From Antedon mediterranea (taxonomy: Eukaryota > Animalia > Echinodermata), in assembly GCF_964355755.1 (NCBI RefSeq), contig NC_092673.1, positions 16,799,648 through 16,863,647 on the forward strand: DNA of 64,000 bases. The letters run 5' to 3'. Shown piece after piece: positions 24,630 through 38,689 of this stretch. The position numbers and the translations under genes are program-made. Position 1 is the first letter of the stretch, and the number at the start of each line of letters is the position of its first letter. The notes beneath the pieces were generated by a model that searched no databases, was not told where the DNA came from, and saw only the letters and a list, made by a program, of their open reading frames with translations.

Positions 24630-26097
24630 AGGCTCGCACTGGCCGATCGCCAAGTCGCCATGGGCGAAAACGTTTCTAGATTGGCGAAAAATAAAACGGC
24701 TACTTTAGCCATTTTGGCGATGACATATGATAAAATAGATAATTAAATAATCATTTTGGCGAAAGCATAAAGTCCAACTAAAAGGTCCATTTGTCGATCT
24801 CCAAGCATTTATTTTGTTCGTTATCACGTTGTTTACTTCAAGCTCCATTTTTCGTCAACTTGTTTCGTTGTACCAGGCGTCTCTTTGTTATTTCAAAAAG
24901 ATGGGGATAGCAGAGGTAGACTGCACAGAGAGACAGACGTTACACGACACATGGATGATGAAGTCTACCCAAACTATCACGTGTTGTGCGCTGCACAAAC
25001 GATCGACTACGTAGCCGACGGTCGGCTAATTACCGGGATTGTCTATTTTTCGATAGGGGTGTACTTTTCAGATTAAAAAGAAACATTATAGTATCTTCGA
25101 TGAATGACGTCTTAATCTTATCGAAATCAAAAATGTATGCGTTATGCATTTTAGAGTCTTCCAATTTAATGTAGTTTCATATTTTAGCCTTAATAAACTT
25201 CCCTCGTGCGTCAGTGTAAACAAAACAACATGCGGGAAATGGTAGAGTCTAACAGGGATTTAGCTGAACACACACGTGCATCTCTGAGCGGGGCCGGCCG
25301 CTGGCTTCTGTCTTGTTGTGTAAAATTAATAATAATCGGATAAATTTCTCGCCCTGACAGAAACGCTTCGGCGCAGCCTTGAGGGATGGAAAGACACGTG
25401 TACTCTGTGCTTTGGCCTATATTATCTTACGTTTAACAACGATACGAGTGTTCGTTTGCTAGGAATTTCCCTCAATATTTTTAGCATACGATATACCGTT
25501 GCGTTGTTGTACATAATTTTGTAGGCCTAGGCCAGCGGTTCTGCACTTTCGCACCTCTTGAGCATACCTAATTTAAAAACATTAACCGGCTGCGCGGCGG
25601 TGATTCCGAGTGATTCTAGGACACGATTTTCGCCTGGTACGCCACACGCAAACATGACCAGCCAAGCGTAAAAAAACAAAAGTAACATAGCGTTCAGGGG
25701 ATTTCAGAAAACTGTAAAATGTTTCTTATTAAATTGATAACTGTATAAATGCTGTATGATTAAAAACAATTTGAACAATTGTTTTGATCATGTAAAAAAA
25801 ATACAAAAAAAAATATTTTTTTTAATCATACAGTGATATAGGCATGGTTCTTTATCTCAGTGCCTTACAAAAATGTTCAGGGAACAGTGTATATAGACTG
25901 TTGACATAGATAAATTGACTAAAATGTTTTTACCACTATATTTCTAAAATTTTAAATGTTGGCTATAAACCGATTCATTTGGCTAAATAAAAAAATTTGA
26001 CTTTAGCCATTTTGGCTATAGATAAACTGATTTGACTAAAAAAAATATTTTGACTTTCGCCAAATGGCTAAACAAAATGAAATGTTAGTGCTACCCC
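24630..26097. mobile_element. Older non-autonomous TIR element, MULE-like
   Basis: Ends AGGCTCGCACT / AGTGCTACCCC with subterminal TGGCGA/TGGCTA repeats. Imperfect 9-bp TSD ATCTAATCT / AGCTAATTT. Confidence 0.55.
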
Positions 26098-26651
26098 AGC
26101 TAATTTATAGGTACATGTTATGATAAAGAAATTGGTACACTATTTGTTGATTGACTTGGTACTGTACACCATTCACTGTGGCTGCTGTGAGTACAGTACA
26201 TGCCATATCAGAATTTCCTCAACTCAGAGGATGAATGCCACTATACATTTATGATACAGTATTTGTCACAATTGTGTGCATTACTGTTATTACATTATCA
26301 GATTTGTGATTTGTGATAGTATGTGTACTGACGAATTCTATCCAACTCGGCCCTAAAGCCTGGTTTCCAGTCGACGTAAGACTTGCTTCCGCTTACGATT
26401 GCGTCGTTTTCTTACGATTACGCTTGCGTTCCGATCAGTAGACCAAAAAACTAACGTCGACACAAAATTATCATAATCGCGTTGTGCTGATTCCGTCGTT
26501 ACGAAAGTTGAATTTATCGCAAGTCTGTCCTTCTTGCCCTTACGTCGAGTTGAATTTTTTCCTTGCGACACAACACATGGCTCATACATTCCTCGCGAAA
26601 AGAGAGGAGGCCATTTTCCAAAACATAAACAGTGTGCAGTGAGATTTCAAT

Positions 26652-29600
26652 ATGGTTATTCGTAGGAGAGGACGTGAGTTGGCCAAAAAGATACTTTATT
26701 TAAGAATATTAACGAGAAGAATTAAGAGGAGAAAGGAGTTGAACAAAGCACCAAGAATCCACAAGTTCTGGGAGAGGAAAGTGCTAAAAGAAAGAATAGA
26801 GTTCGGGCAGTACCATACATTATTTAAGACACTGATAAAAAACGACAGAGAATGGTTTTTTAGGTAGGCCTATATATATTAATAACATTTAATTACGGTA
26901 TTATTAATATCTTTTTAGGCCTAGGCCTAGATGTTTAATTGTAATTTGCATTCATAATTATAATGTTTGCCTAGGCCTAGGATATATGGATTTTTTTAAG
27001 GCCATGGATTGGTCTAGGCTAGGCCTAGTTATTATATTTAGCCATGGAGATTTAGCTAGGCCTAGTTAGTAGAGTACATCATACATGGACCTGGCTAAAG
27101 ATGAAGGTCACAGTTCATTTCAGCCGCCGAGCTGGCGTCTATATAAAGACGATGGTGAGTAAAATAGGCCTAGGTTAGGATAGGCCTATATAGGCTTACA
27201 GTATTTAGGCCTATATGCTATGATCAAGACACTCCTAGACAGATCTTTATTCTAGGCTAGTAAAGTAGGTAGGTTACTACAACTAGAAGCCAATCCACAC
27301 ATGGTCTACACTACTACTACTGTACACCCATCTACAGTGGTAGCCTAGAGAAGTACTAAACGGATAGGAAGTATGTATTACTCCTACTGTTGTTATTTTG
27401 TTGAAAAATTAAAATCTAAATTGATTAAATAGTGCATACAGTACACAATGAACAATTGTAGTCTAAATAAAATATCCCAAACAAAGTGCATTTATTGCCA
27501 TAGAAGATTGAATACATAATCACAAATAATACATTTACTAATCATGAATTAACTTTGACATTTGGCAAATCAATTCTGTTATTACTTTTTAAAATAGTCA
27601 CGGAACAATTGCATAATTTTTAGTTCCATATCTTCCTTGTCTTCCTCGTTTACTCTTCGCATTTTCTTTGCTACCATCGTGCCGAATGTATCGGCTTCGT
27701 CTTCTTCTCCGCTTCCCTTAATCAGATCTATAAGGTCATTGTCTGTTACCCCACTCTCAACCTGAACAATTGAAATTAATGAAAGATTTTGACATTTCTA
27801 TCTAAAAACAAATTTCAAATTTTCCACACTCTTCTAGCACTGTTTATTCAACAACAAAAAATAGGTATGCTTTTGCAAATTCATGATTATTTTAATATGC
27901 TATGTGAGAATACCTACATGCTTTTCTGTTTTGGAACATTTTCCTTTTGGCGTCTTTGACCAAGCTTTTTTAACCACTGCTGAAAATTAAAACAAAAAAG
28001 CTTCGGTAATTTTGCAGCTTGGCATAACATTATGTCTGGAAACGCCATAGTACTGCTTATCATTATCAACACACAACTTTTTAGTACAATAGTAAATTAC
28101 CAATATTGATATATAGTAATGATTTAAATACTTACGGTTCGGTCTTTCGACTGTCCTCTTGACTACTAAAAAGAAAAACAAATTAAAGTGTAGTTTCAGA
28201 TATACATGAATTTCTGGAATAGGTGATGGCCTAGGAATAGTGGTGCACCTGCCCACCCATTCTAGCATAATAACACTTTGTATTAAATTGTTAACTATCA
28301 TGATTGAATATTTACCTCTTGTAACATCAGCTTTTATTTGGGCAGCATCTGCTGAACCTTCTTCCAGACTTCCTTCATATCCTGCAAAAGCCCCTTCCAA
28401 GTCGTCCGAGACATTACCCAATAAGTCGGCTTCTTCTGTTTCATTTTGCAACTCAGTACCTTCTCCTAAAATTACAATAAATAATGTTTTTTTTTATTTT
28501 TAAGCCTTAAAAGTATGTAGTGTTGGTACAAACTATTTTGTAGTAATATGTAAAATGTCATTTTTTGTTATTTATAATTTTGTTTATTGTCTTCAGGTAT
28601 TTAAGGATGACGCCGGAAAGATTTAGTTATCTTCTGTCTGCGGTTGAGCCCTATCTAAAGATAAGACAAGACAGAGGTCGTACTGCAATTTCAGCAGAAG
28701 AAAAGCTTGTGATAACTTTGCGTTATCTGGCTACGGGTGACTTGATGGCATCACAAACATTTAACTTTCGGGTTGGTCGTGCAACAGTTTCTAGCATAAT
28801 CCGGGAAGTTTGTGATTCAATTTGGACAGCTTTAAATAAGAAATACCTAATGCTACCATCAAGTGAGAATGAATGGATGGCAATTGCAGAAAAATTTGAC
28901 AATGATTGGAATGTTCCTTATGCGATTGGTGCAGTAGACGGTAAGCACATTGCTATCAAGTGTCCCAAATTTGGCGGCTCGATGTACTATAACTATAAAG
29001 GCTTTCATAGTACAGTATTAATGGCAATTTGTGATGCCAGTTACTCATTTGTATGGACAAGCATTGGCTCATATGGGCGGGATAATGATGCCGCTATTTT
29101 TGGTGCTTCATCATTTTTCAAAAGAGCTGATTTTGGAAAGCTAAAGCTGCCACCACCATCGGTTGTGGGTGGTCAACAATTGCCTTATGTTTTATTAGGG
29201 GATGATATATTTCCTCTTAGAACTTGGTTAATAAAACCATATGGTGGCAACAATTTGACTGATGAAGAGGAAGTGGCAAATTATAGGACATCGAGAGGAC
29301 GCCGAACCATCGAAAACACCTTTGGTGTAATGGCTGCAAGGTGGCGCATATTTAGGCGTCCTATAAGAGCAAATATTGAAACTGTTGACCAGATTACAAA
29401 AGCTGTAATCTGCCTACACAATTACCTAATGCAAACTGATAATGCACACTACATACCCAGCGGGTTTGTTGACAGCTGGAGCAATGGAGAATTTAAAGAA
29501 GGGGAATGGCGCAGTGTTGTGCAAGATGATGAAACTGGCCTTCAAAATATAAGAAGGGTGGGGTCAAACAATTATACGGCTACTACCAAAGAAACAAGAG

Positions 29601-29689
29601 ATAGGTTTCGAGACTACTTTAACAGCCAGGAAGGTGCTGTTCCTTGGCAGTATGATGTGGCACACAATTGCGGTCCTTTGGCATCTTAA
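26652..29689 (+). CDS. Harbinger (HARBI1-like) DDE transposase, 2 exons (26652-26863 and 28597-29689), 434 aa
   Basis: Exon 1 ..GQYHTLFKTL..DREWFFR joins in phase 2 to YLRMTPERF. HTH region LVITLRYLATG..FRVGRATVSSII; catalytic GAVDGKH, GDDIFP and IENTFG; YYNYKGFHS motif. No stops. Confidence 0.93.
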
Positions 29690-30674
29690 AAGTGTTGTTA
29701 GTAAATTATATGTATTTGTTAAAAATAATCTTCCTGTTTTGTAAATAATCTATATGACATTTTTTTAAATCTATATTCAAATATGTTCTGTGTAATTTTG
29801 AATATTGACGAATCTTGTTTATTGAAGAAAAAAAATAACAATGTTGTAGTTTATGCTTGCTATAACTTGCATTCATAATTATTTTTTGTTTTCTTGTCCT
29901 TGTACTATGGTTTACATTTCCAAACATTCCAAATAAAATAGTTATTTCTTTCCTATCTTTCCTAAATTGATTTTAATTTTTAAATATATTGCTGATGTTG
30001 CAGAACGTTAACAAATATTTATATTTGATTGCTACTTGAAGATGTTATTAAATGTTGTTAATGAGTTATTGAGATGTAAAATTACTTTTATTTGTTTATC
30101 CTCCTTTCAAATAGTGTGATAAATAAAAAATTTAGTGTGTGGTGGTTGATAAATACAATTATTTACCTGAGTCGTCAAAGTCCAGCTCCAACACTTGTTG
30201 AGTTTCGGAAAAAAGCCGTATGCATTCAGATGAAGCTTCTTACTCGGTTAATGAAATTGACATTTCTTCGGACTCTAGTGTCTTCCTATGATTTATATGT
30301 TTAATCAACCATCTCATGTGTTCCCACTCATGGCCAATTGGGAGGATGTCATCCCTGCCTGCACCACTACGGACACTAGCCCTAACCTTCTTTAGATGTC
30401 TACAAAATAATAATAATTATAATTATTATTACAATAATAACAATAACGATTATTATAATAACTAAAAATTATGATTATAATAATAATAATACTAATAATA
30501 AGGGCCTAGCCTAGTAGGTCGCAGTAGAAGAGTGCCGTTAACATCTTTAGAAACAGCTTCCCACGCATTTTTTTTTTCCCGTTTTCCATTTTTGTATTCT
30601 TTGGTATTTTTGTCATATAGACAAAGATAAGCTTGAATAGCGTCAAACACATGGACTTCTGTAGATGAAGGCAT
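27582..30674 (-). pseudogene. Harbinger accessory MADF (Myb/SANT-like) and BESS-like gene, probably disabled
   Basis: Exons 30674-~30536 (..IQAYLCLYDKNTKEYKN..KKNAWEAVS), 30399-30167 (HLKK..SGAG..WEHMRWLIKHINHRKT), 28465-28316, 28165-28136, 27979-27918 and 27761-27582 (DEADTFGTMVAKKMRR..MELKIMQL..*). Exons 2-6 are in phase. There is an in-frame TAA at 30240-30242, and the MADF helix-3 segment was not found. Confidence 0.8.
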
Positions 30675-32276
30675 CTTGTGAAATGAAGTCCTCAAAAAGG
30701 GACGCAGAAATTATTTTTTTTATTCCTGATGTGATGATGATGATCTTTTTTTGAACGTTGAATTATGATTTGCCCACGATGTTATTTACATATACAGTTC
30801 ATCTAATGGACTTTTTTACCCGGTTTTTATTTCCTTTTTTATAAATAGATAGGCCTAATTCAAATGATGTAGGCTAATAATTATTTATTTTCATTATCAA
30901 ATGAATTATCATATGCCTATAAGTTGTGTTTAGATTCAAGCAAACACTACGGTGAATTTAATAAATATATATTATTAATTTATTACCCAACCTACCTTCA
31001 TCATACAATTAAAACAAAATCATTACGTAACTTTTCCCCACCTGCTTTTGAACGCAAACTATGCCAGGTGAACGTATTGTTATCCTGATGATCCTGATGA
31101 TGACACTGTTCTCTAACATTTTATGAAATGTTATTGCCATAACGTTTTTAATTTAGTCCGTCTGTGTGTATTATTTTTACCCATTATATCGTATTTTTAC
31201 TATGTTTATATAATTATAATAAGTAATAAGCAAGACAATTTTGTATAGTTCTTACATCTATTTCATATTTCATCCACCTAAATTATTACATTCTATCACG
31301 AATTGAAAAAAAAAATGGTTCGTGTTTATTTACGTATCATTTATTGTCAACAATTCTTAATATATACGGTATTTTCTACTTTCTATCACCTTTCCAAGCT
31401 TTGACCTTCTTGCCAACGTCACATAATCCTCGTCACTGATTGGCTGGTTCTTACGATCATTGCGCTTACGCTTACGAAAGTTGACTTCAAGTCAACTTTC
31501 GTAAGCGTAAGCGGAAGGGTATAAAATCGAATCGTAAGGCATGTTTATCCAGAAATTCACCGGTTTCCTGTCGAACCGTCGATTATCGACGTAACAGACG
31601 GAAGCTTCAGTCACCGGTTTCCTGTCAAACACTTGTACTACGACGATTTCTACTTGCGTTACGTCGTTTTGATATTTAGCTTTTTTCAACCGGTTTCCTG
31701 TCGATTTTCAATTTCCAAAGTAAAAACGACGCAATTGTAAGAAATTCTAATTTCTCACGTCGACTGGAAACCAGGCTTTACACCGTCAAAAATACTTTTT
31801 CTTTTTTATTGACATTAATTTATTGTGCCTGAAAAGTTTAATTGGTTTAAAAGAATATTAGTATTTCTAATCTAGAGTATACTACAAAGGATTGTGTTGT
31901 TTTTTTGTGTGTTAGATTGTGCACATAAGGCATGTGCATTGTTACCTCACAAAATAAAACTGATAAGAAATTTAATTTCATTATGCAATTATTTTATCTT
32001 AATTCAGGGGCATGAGTTATTATTATGTAATACCTTTTGTTTGTCAATGCTTTTGTCAATTTGTTATTTGCTTGTTCATTGTTGCGCCCATAATAGACTC
32101 CTTTGTTTTCTAGTGCACCCTTTTTCTATATGTATTTGTCTTTTACTAATATTCTATCAGTACCTGATGATGACCTATGGTCGAAAGTACTCGTATAATA
32201 AATATTTTATTTTGAGGCAGAAACAAGAAATTTGTCTGTTTTATATATATTATGCCTCCATTTACATACGATTTCA

Positions 32277-32814
32277 TCAACGATTTTACAGGAAAAGGGG
32301 GTACAAATCAACATTAAAAATTGTTAATATCTTCAATTTTTTTAAAAGTTGAACCGAGTTCAACTTCAACGTTACGATCGGTAAAACTGACTGACCAATC
32401 AAATAGTTAATAAATTACGTCATCATAGTTTGTTAAAAAATACGTACACGTTGATAATTCTTGTTATTTTAACACTTGTTATTTTGAAATATCAGACTTT
32501 AAAAGAGTACAACAAACATCGTCGCGTTGTCTGATATTTCAAAATATAAATTTTAATATAAAAACAATTTAATTTAATGTTTGTCTTTAGTGTAAAGCCT
32601 AGATTAAGATATCAGCGAAAACATGTCCTAGGCCGGCTGGGTTGAAGCATCAAAACCCGTAACTTTTTCCATTATCAAACGGGCCCGGCTGCGCGTGACC
32701 AGCATTGGCTTTGCAAAACTTCATGTCCATGTGTCCCAGCAACGTCGAAAGAACCAAGAAACCATTGAAAATCGCGTAAAAAATGTGTAAAAATTTGCGA
32801 CGGGAAAACAGGCT
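32277..32814. mobile_element. Truncated Harbinger-like MITE related to 42256-42921
   Basis: Colinear with 42311-42921 and ends GGAAAACAGGCT|TTA. The left TIR is missing. Confidence 0.75.
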
Positions 32815-35377
32815 TTAGGATATTGCCGCAAAAAAAAAAACAGTTCCATATATTAAATATGGTCTATAAAACCCACTATATTCAGATAATTATATGACAA
32901 GAATCGACTGGCCAAAATGCCTCAGATGCTATCTTGGGGCGTCCAGAATAAAATTGTTTCCGGGGGGACCATGCCCCCCGACCCCCTAGACGATTATTTT
33001 CCCATATCGGCCCCCTCTTTATCAAAATCCTTGATCCGCCCCTGTCATTAGTCAGTAAAACATTTTTTCGTGGCTTAGACTTACAGCACCAGGGAACATT
33101 TTCGTTAGTGTAGCATAGCAAAAAGCTATACAAAACAACCTTATTGCTATACATTTCTAAAATTGTGTAGCAAAAAATACAATACAAAACTATGTTTCTC
33201 GACTAAAAATCAGTTTGATTAGCAATATTGCTAAACAAAATTTTTAAATGAAATTTTTCCCTGCACTCTTTATACTAATGGATATTTGGATGTATAAGTT
33301 TCATCCGATTAACAAATGGTAACATGCATTGACAGTTGACAAACATTTTGTGGTTTTAATAAATAAAATAATTAATTATATAATATAGGGTAAATTACAC
33401 AGAAAAAAGTAATGTGATGATGTGCGTTTGCCTAGCCTTTGTTTAAGGTGCACTTTCACCTTGGCTGGAAAACCCCAGGGCAATTTACAGTCATTTTTGT
33501 CTTTTCAGGTTTAGACATGCAAGTGATTATTAATTTCCAATAGACCATATCATAAAACCCATCAAAAACTCTATGTGAGTTGCTCTCTGTTGATATAAAA
33601 TCTTTTATTTTCCATTGAATAGGCTGACATACAAGACTGATTTAGGAAGTCATGTGACACAGAGAACACGGCAAAGAGGGTGTTGGCATTGTGCATTACA
33701 ATAAATACCTTATAGGCTGGTAGCATACAATCCCATTGCTGGACCAGTGGATGGAGGATTCTTTTCCAGACAAATGACATAATTTTATGGTTACCTACAT
33801 TATTTATGAATTCATTAGTGTGATGTGAGTTGTAATTGTATATTTTTAAAATTTCATTATAGTAATTTGGCTTTTAAGCTAGTAGAGCTTGTTGTATGAA
33901 GGTTTAAACATGGAGCTATAAATAATAGCTCCATGGTTTAAAGCTAGTCAGTAATAATACAATACAATGGTTCATACAACAAACAGTAACCAAAACTAAC
34001 ATATTTTGGTTTATAATCCAACAGATATGTTGTGTGAGAATAAATGCTGTTTTAAATGTCTTATTAATTCTTTTTAATTGTGGTTTGCTGTCTTTAAATT
34101 AGCTTATGATTGCCATGTTGATACTGAGACTATCTTATCTATTGAACAAACAATATTATTTATGTAATTATTAGAATCAGGGACAATTTGATTTTCTCAT
34201 TGTGAAAAAAATTGATCATACTGTGTGGCAATACTTACTTACAGTAGACAGATTAATTTAGAAAAATAAAAACTGCAGAATGATTTTTTAAGCATTTTAT
34301 AGCAATTATTTATAATAAAAACTAGATTTCAACTTGCCATGGTAATGAGTTAGGCTATTACTCAACGCATTGTAACACACACATGCTATTATATTAAGCT
34401 TTGTCTATAGTAGGCTGCACTATGACGATTGTACGAATATCATAGCCGTACAGTAGGCCTAATCAAGTCATAGGCATTTCAGTCGATCAAAGGGGCTATT
34501 TCTACTGTTCAAAAAGCATCAACATTTGACCGTATTAGCATTGTAAACAGTTTAGTTGATGGTTAGTTTTTATTTTACGCAACTATTCAAATATTTGGAA
34601 AGGATGACTTTTTCAAATTGAAAAATAAATTCATATGTCTGAAAGATGCTTGTTTGAGTAATAACATATGGAAAATTGGAAGAAAACTGATAAAAATTAA
34701 GTAAGGCAATAAGATGATGTAGCTGCTCACAATTAAAATGGTGAGATAGATAGTTGTTTTGTTTCATTATGCAATGATAAATAAAAAAATAAAATAAATG
34801 TGATGTGAAGTAGGATTGGCCTCCCCATGGATATCTTTTTTCCTTCTTGATATTCCTTACCAATAATTAACCAGTATATAGGCCAATAAATAATATTATC
34901 AATAATATTATCACAACATAAAATGGCATAGTAGACCTCTCTAGCCAAACAGAGTCCCCTAATTAGCCTTTAGTGACAATTGTTTTTTATACCTAAACAA
35001 TTCCTTCAAAATACGCATTATTATCCTAAAGCACAAAATATTAATTATTATGAATTTTTTTATAAAGCTAACAATATATTATATGATAATTTGTGAATCA
35101 TTATTTTACAGTTGTAATTCTACATGTTATCCTATCTATTATGCACTTTATATGCATTCATTATTGCCAGCTATATAACTACTAAACAATAGGAATGCAC
35201 TTTGTCTGGCAGTGTCCCTTTGTATGAATCGTTCAACATTGGGCCCATTGCGGTTTACGCGTGATATGTTCCATCCAGGGACCAAAATGTGTAGTGTAGT
35301 TACTTTCCAGGTGAAGTTTACCCCCGCGTTACCTTGTGTACTGTGTATCGACGTACGCTACAGCAAAAACAAGTTAT

Positions 35378-38300
35378 GGGGGATGTGGGTAGAGATGCTT
35401 GTCACCTGTTATGTGTATTTTAAGGGGGGATGTGGATAGAGGTGCTTGTCACATGTTATGTGTATTTTAAGGGAGGATGTGGATAGACGTGCTTGTCACC
35501 TGTTATGTGTATTTTAAGGGGGGATGTGGGTAGAGGTACTTGTCACCTGTTATATGTATTTTAAGGGGGATGTGGATAGAGGTGCTTGTCACCTGTTATG
35601 TGTATTTTAAGGGGGATGTGGATAGAGGTGCTTGTCACCTGTTATGTGTATTTTAAGGGGTTGTGGATAGAGGTGCTTGTCACCTGTTATGTGTATTTTA
35701 AGGGGGATGTGGGTAGAGGTGCTTGTCACCTGTTATGTGTATTTTAAGGGGGATGTGGATAGAGGTGCTTGTCATCTGTTAATGTGTATTTTAAGGGGGT
35801 TGTGGATAGAGGTGCTTGTCACCTGTTATGTGTATTTTAAGGGGGGATGTGGATAGAGGTGCTTGTCACCTGTTATGTGTATTTTAAGGGGGATGTGGAT
35901 AGAGGTGCTTGTCATCTGTTATGTGTATTTTAAGAGGGATGTGGATAGAGGTGCTTGTCACCTGTTATGTGTATTTTAAGGGGGGATGTGGATAGAGGTG
36001 CTTGTCACCTGTTATGTGTATTTTAAGGGGATGTGGATAGAGGTGCTTGTCACCTGTTATGTATATTTTAAGGGGGATGTGGATAGAGGTGCTTGTCATC
36101 TGTTATGTGTATTTTAAGGGGGATGTGGATAGAGGTGCTTGTCACCTGTTATGTGTATTTTAAGGGGGATGTGGATAGAGGTGCTTGTCATCTGTTAATG
36201 TGTATTTTAAGGGGGATGTGGATAGAGGTGCTTGTCACCTGTTATGTGTATTTTAAGGGGGATGTGGATAGAGGTGCTTGTCATCTGTTATGTGTATTTT
36301 AAGGGGGGATGTGGATAGAGGTGCTTGTCACATGTTATGTGTATTTTAAGGGGATGTGGGTAGAGGTGCTTGTCACCTGTTATGTGTATTTTAAGGTGGG
36401 TGTGGATAGAGGTGCTTGTCATCTGTTACCGGTATGTGTATTTTAAGGGGGATGTGGATAGAGGTGCTTGTCATCTGTTATGTGTATTTTAAGGGGGTTG
36501 TGGATAGAGGTGCTTGTCATCTGTTATGTGTATTTTAAGGGGGTTGTGGATAGAGGTGCTTGTCACCTGTTATGTCTATTTTAAGGAAGGATGTGGATAG
36601 AGGTGCTTGTCACCTGTTATGTGTATTTTAAGGGGGATGTGGGTAGAGGTGCTTGTCACCTGTTATGTGTATTTTAAGGGGGGATGTGGATAGAGGTGCT
36701 TGTCACCTGTTATGTGTATTTTAAGGGGGTTGTGGATAGAGGTGCTTGTCACCTGTTATGTGTATTTTAAGGGGGATGTGGATAGAGGTGCTTGTCACCT
36801 GTTATGTGTATTTTAAGGGGGTTGTGGATAGAGGTGCTTGTCACCTGTTATGTGTATTTTAAGGGAGGATGTGGATAGAGGTGCTTGTCACCTGTTATGT
36901 GTATTTTAAGGGGATGTGGGTAGAGGTGCTTGTCACCTGTTATGTGTATTTTAAGGGGGATGTGGGTAGAGGTGCTTGTCACCTGTTATGTGTATTTTAA
37001 GGGGGATGTGGATAGAGGTGCTTGTCACCTGTTATGGGGATGTGGGCAGAGGTGCTTGTCACCTGTTATGTGTATTTTAAGGGGGATGTGGGTAGAGGTG
37101 CTTGTCACCTGTTATGTGTATTTTAAGGGGGTTGTGGGTAGAGGTGCTTGTCATCTGCTATGTGTATTTTAAAGGGGGATGTGGGTAGAGGTGCTTGTCA
37201 CCTGTTATGTGTATTTTAAGGGGGGTTGTGGGTAGAGGTGCTTGTCACCTGTTATGTGTATTTTAAGGGGGATGTGGGTAGAGGTGCTTGTCACCTGTTA
37301 TGTGTATTTTAAGGGGGGGGGGGGGGTGGATAGAGGTGCATGTCACCTGTTATGTGTATTTTAAGGGGATGTGGATAGAGGTGCTTGTCACCTGTTATGT
37401 GTATTTTAAGGGGGGGGGGGTGTGTGGATAGAGGTGCATGTCACCTGTTATGTGTATTTTAAGGGGATGTGGGTAGAGGTGCTTGTCACCTGTTATGTGT
37501 ATTTTAAGGGGGATGTGGGTAGAGGTGCTTGTCACCTGTTATGTGTATTTTAAGGGGGATGTGGATAGAGGTGCTTGTCACCTGTTATGTGTATTTTAAG
37601 GGGGATGTGGGTAGAGGTGCTTGTCATCTGCTATGTGTATTTTAAGGGGGATGTGGATAGAGGTGCTTGTCACCTGTTATGTGTATTTTAAGGGGGGATG
37701 TGGATAGAGGTGCTTGTCACCTGTTATGGGGATGTGGGCAGAGGTGCTTGCCACCTGTTATGTGTATTTTAAGGGGGATGTGGATAGAGGTGCTTGTCAC
37801 CTGTTATCTTACAGTATGTGTATTTTAAGGGGGATGTGGATAGAGGTGCTTGTCACCTGTTATGTGTATTTTAAGGTGGGTGTGGATAGAGGTGCTTGTC
37901 ACCTGTTATGTGTATTTTAAGGGGGATGTGGATAGAGGTGCTTGTCACCTGTTATGTGTATTTTAAGGGGGATGTGGGTAGAGATGCTTGTCACCTGTTA
38001 TGTGTATTTTAAGGGGGTGTGGATAGAGGTGCTTGTCACCTGTTATGTGTATTTTAAGGGGTTGTGGGTAGAGGTGCTTGTCACCTGTTATGGGGATGTG
38101 GGCAGAGGTGCTTGTCACCTGTTATGTGTATTTTAAGGGGTTGTGGGTAGAGGTGCTTGTCACCTGTTATGTGTATTTTAAGGGGGGATGTGAGTAGAGG
38201 TGCTTGTCACCTGTTATGTGTATTTTAAGGGGGATGTGAGTAAAGGTGCTTGTCACCTGTTATGTGTATTTTAAGGGGTTGTGGGTAGAGGTGCTTGTCA

Positions 38301-38630
38301 CCTGTTATGTGTATTTTAAGGGGGGATGTGAGTAGAGGTGCTTGTCACCTGTTATGTGTATTTTAAGGGGGATGTGAGTAAAGGTGCTTGTCACCTGTTA
38401 TGTGTATTTTAAGGGGGGATGTGAGTAGAGGTGCTTGTCACCTGTTATGTGTATTTTAAGGGGGATGTGAGTAAAGGTGCTTGTCACCTGTTATGTGTAT
38501 TTTAAGGGGGATGTGGATAGAGGTGCTTGTCACCTGTTATGTGTATTTTAAGGGGGGTGTGGGTAGAGGTGCTTGTCACCTGTTATGTGTATTTTAATGG
38601 GGGATGTTGGTAGAGGTGCTTGTCACCTGT
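35378..38630. repeat. Minisatellite, about 46-bp unit, about 70 copies
   Basis: Unit GTGGATAGAGGTGCTTGTCACCTGTTATGTGTATTTTAAGGGGGAT with a variable G-run. Confidence 0.97.
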
Positions 38631-38689
38631 TCATCCCTTTCTTTTTGCTGCCTTTTTGTTGTTCGCCGTGATCACATTTAATAAATAAA

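Larger units (their letters stand above)
26357..31777. mobile_element. Full-length two-gene PIF/Harbinger transposon
   Basis: TIRs AGCCTGGTTTCCAGTCGACGT / ACGTCGACTGGAAACCAGGCT, flanks TAA/TTA (TWA-type, one mismatch). Encodes a DDE transposase and a MADF protein. Confidence 0.93.

Noticed and set aside
27987-28503. 154-aa and 87-aa ORFs as independent genes
   Set aside because: They are read-through across two exons of the MADF gene and its antisense shadow.
31894-32352. 152-aa hydrophobic ORF
   Set aside because: It reflects low-complexity T-rich composition, runs into a MITE and has no motif or splice support.
35378-38630. CRISPR-like array or repetitive ORFs
   Set aside because: The units are contiguous with no unique spacers, there are no cas genes and the context is eukaryotic. 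The ORFs are artefacts of the repeat.
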